Assembly (NCBI GenBank): GCA_964016885.1
Contig: OZ024741.1
Coordinates: 68,634,001 to 68,698,000 of the forward strand
From: Eledone cirrhosa
Lineage: Eukaryota
Direction: 5' to 3'
DNA: 64,000 nucleotides
Shown: piece after piece, positions 61,659 to 64,000 of the stretch
Layout of the letters: each line of letters opens with the position of its first letter
How positions within the stretch are numbered: the stretch's first letter is position 1
Made by a program: the position numbers and the translations under genes
Notes under the pieces: model-generated
Seen by the model: the letters and a program-made list of their open reading frames with translations, nothing else
Databases searched by the model: none
What the model was told of the DNA's origin: nothing

Positions 61659-64000
61659 GAATGCCATGGTTGACGGAGGCTCGGCTCTGTAAGGTATAGT
61701 AATTTTTAACCGTTAAAACAATTGTAAATTGTTTAAAACTTGAACCAAATTGTTGATAAAGACACCCTCCTCCTCGTGAGAGGGGTCTTTCTGTCCGTTA
61801 TTTGGCCCTTCGGGGCTAAATAACCAGTTATTGGGGTTTTGTACCCAATATTCATTTTAAACAAAAAACAACATGGCTACGAAAAAGAAATTTCATACGT
61901 CACTCCCACTCATTCCGTCTTCTTCTTCCTCAATCATCACTACAGCAGAGAGAAGATTGTCTCTCTCCCTCCCTTCTTTAAATGTGTCTCTCTCCCTCCC
62001 TTCTCTTTCGCAAGTGACGAAAGAAAAGAAAAGTCTCGTGCAAAGCGTGCAAAGTTTCTCCACGACGACGACGACAGCGACGAAACAGGTCTGCGGGAAA
62101 TACGAAAACCCAGTTCATTCGTCTGACGTCAGGAATAATAGCAGTAGCAGCCGTAATAACAACAGCAACAGTGACAATGAAAACAACAGTAGCAGCCGCA
62201 ACAGCATCACCAGCAGCATAAACAACAACAGCATTAGCAGCAGCAACACCAACAACAACCACAGCAACAGCGGCGGAGGCAGTAGTCGTAGTACCTGCAG
62301 CAACAACAAAAGTACCAGCAGCTCTGATGACAACAACAACAGCAGAGAAAAACCAATCTCATTTGCAGGTATTGCGAAAAACTTGGAAACAATCCTCATA
62401 ACAAATGAGGAATTAGAGGAAGCGAAGAAGATGGTTACAAAGAACGGACACCGAGCAATCTGCAAGGCAGCGGAAAAATTTTTCGAAACCCAAGAGCACT
62501 GTACGGTCACGTACCGTACAGTAAGTACAAAATCCCGTAGGGTGGAAAGAGCCACAGAGGCCCAAATACAAAAAGCCTTGGGGTCTGTGTGGCAGCGGAA
62601 AACGCACATCACCCGAGGCAAAAAATATGCCACCGTAGACGTACTTTTTGCCACACCCCAGGAGGCAAAGGCCCAATCAGTAGTGACCCTAAGGAGCGAG
62701 GAAATGGTGTTGGTGCCCTCCTACTGTGGGCAAAAAATTGTGAGGGTCAAACTAACCCACGTCCCCCCCGGAATGACCCCTTCTTGGCTGGCCGCGTCTG
62801 TCCTCGTCGGAATCGAGGACAAAACAACTGTACTGCAAGTACAGAAAAAAGTAAGAGAAGATTGGGTCGGCTCCTCCATTGAGATGCTAATCCAAACCAA
62901 CCAGGAGTGCATCGAAGCTATCCCGGATGTGATAGACTTCGATAACGGCACTCAACTGCCCATAAGTGTTGAGGGCAAACGCCCGAAATGCTTTCGCTGT
63001 GGATCGAAGACTCACCTCAGGGCCTTCTGCAACGAGAAGACCCTGAGAAAGGAGAAAACCCCCCTCCTTCCGAATCCGGCTCCACGGCTACCAGCAACAG
63101 GACAAGCGGCAACCAGGAACGATAGGTCCGTGGCACCCATACCCACTCCACGGAAATCAAAAACAGCAGCAGCAGTGGAAATATTAACAACAACAACAGC
63201 AATACCAAATGCAGCTGCAACAGAGACTCCAGTGCAAACATCACCAACAACAAGTGAAAGAGTGGAGCTGGTACCCCTCCCCGACCTCACAGAATCAGAC
63301 ATGGAGTGTGAGGTGGGAGAGGGATGGCAAAAGGTCGTAAGAAGGCACAAACGCAGAAGCAGCGCATCGTCGCCTTTGAAAAGGGAGGAAAGAAATGAGA
63401 AAAGGGTAAAGTCTACTGCAAAGAGACCCACAGCAGCAACAACACCAACACCATCACCACCCACACTAGCACCACCATCACCACCGCCAACAACACCTTT
63501 AACACCACCACCACAAGCACCAACATCGCAAACACAACAACAAAACACACACACCCAGCAACAACGACAAGAAAATAGTAGAACCACACCCCACCCCCAG
63601 AAAAACAAATGCACGGCAATAAATACACACAACAAGAAACTAATGACTTACATAATTGAACACACAGACATTTCACAACAGGACTACATAATACCAGCAC
63701 CAATCAAAACGCCAACTAACATAAGACTGCTAAAAATAGCACAGAAACAATACACAAATATTAAAACGAAATTCCCCAACGCAGTTGGTGATTTCAGGGA
63801 CCTAGGAGGAACCATCAATCGAAGAGTATACTCAGACATTCTCTTAGAAGAGCCGACGACCAGCCGAAGGGACGATTCAACGGTCCCTTCACCAGACGAT
63901 CAAGTGAAAAGGGATGTAAAAACCATCCCTCCTCTACCAAAAGTACGGTAAGTGGTCTTTCCCATCTTTTCCACTCTATTTTAAACATGACCTCACTCAG
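61659..64000 (+). mobile_element. 5' part of Tx1 copy D (distinct 5' UTR and ORF1), running off the window
   Basis: Starts right after (TAT)n; intact ORF1; ORF2 start ATGACCTCACTCAG at 63987. Confidence 0.92.
61873..63951 (+). CDS. Tx1 ORF1 gag-like nucleic-acid-binding protein; 692 aa, intact
   Basis: Ser/Asn-rich N-terminus, ISFAGIAK, RRVERATEAQIQKALG block shared with the other ORF1s, CFRCGSKTHLRAFC knuckle, WQKVVRRHKRR. Confidence 0.9.
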   Translation: MATKKKFHTSLPLIPSSSSSIITTAERRLSLSLPSLNVSLSLPSLSQVTKEKKSLVQSVQSFSTTTTTATKQVCGKYENPVHSSDVRNNSSSSRNNNSNSDNENNSSSRNSITSSINNNSISSSNTNNNHSNSGGGSSRSTCSNNKSTSSSDDNNNSREKPISFAGIAKNLETILITNEELEEAKKMVTKNGHRAICKAAEKFFETQEHCTVTYRTVSTKSRRVERATEAQIQKALGSVWQRKTHITRGKKYATVDVLFATPQEAKAQSVVTLRSEEMVLVPSYCGQKIVRVKLTHVPPGMTPSWLAASVLVGIEDKTTVLQVQKKVREDWVGSSIEMLIQTNQECIEAIPDVIDFDNGTQLPISVEGKRPKCFRCGSKTHLRAFCNEKTLRKEKTPLLPNPAPRLPATGQAATRNDRSVAPIPTPRKSKTAAAVEILTTTTAIPNAAATETPVQTSPTTSERVELVPLPDLTESDMECEVGEGWQKVVRRHKRRSSASSPLKREERNEKRVKSTAKRPTAATTPTPSPPTLAPPSPPPTTPLTPPPQAPTSQTQQQNTHTQQQRQENSRTTPHPQKNKCTAINTHNKKLMTYIIEHTDISQQDYIIPAPIKTPTNIRLLKIAQKQYTNIKTKFPNAVGDFRDLGGTINRRVYSDILLEEPTTSRRDDSTVPSPDDQVKRDVKTIPPLPKVR

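Overview
Eukaryotic, repeat-saturated DNA with no recognisable host gene. The tRNA-derived SINE family and the (TA)n/(CA)n/(TACA)n density suggest a cephalopod, probably an octopod (inference). Positions 1-34 kb hold nested Penelope-like elements (PLEs; RT plus C-terminal GIY-YIG; five ORF-bearing copies of at least three sequence types) inserted at (TA)n tracts. Three have inverted pseudo-LTR arms and all carry hammerhead-ribozyme (HHR)-like motifs near their 3' ends, including non-canonical cores. This part also has a decayed Gypsy element, CR1- and RTE-like fragments and two minisatellites; a third lies at 41-42.4 kb. Positions 43.2-64 kb are an uninterrupted stack of non-LTR retrotransposons separated only by (TAA/TTA)n. 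Tx1-clade L1-like elements (one with an intact 1139-aa ORF2) and R4/Dong-like elements sit in opposite orientations relative to that repeat. Best candidates for something new: (i) a 52-56 nt GTAAGT...CAG intron-like unit at the Tx1 ORF1/ORF2 junction whose splicing would fuse ORF1 and ORF2 in frame in two of four copies; (ii) apparent TTA-repeat-specific Tx1 elements sharing a target with Dong; (iii) recurring variant HHR cores in PLE ends. All alignments and folds were done by eye.
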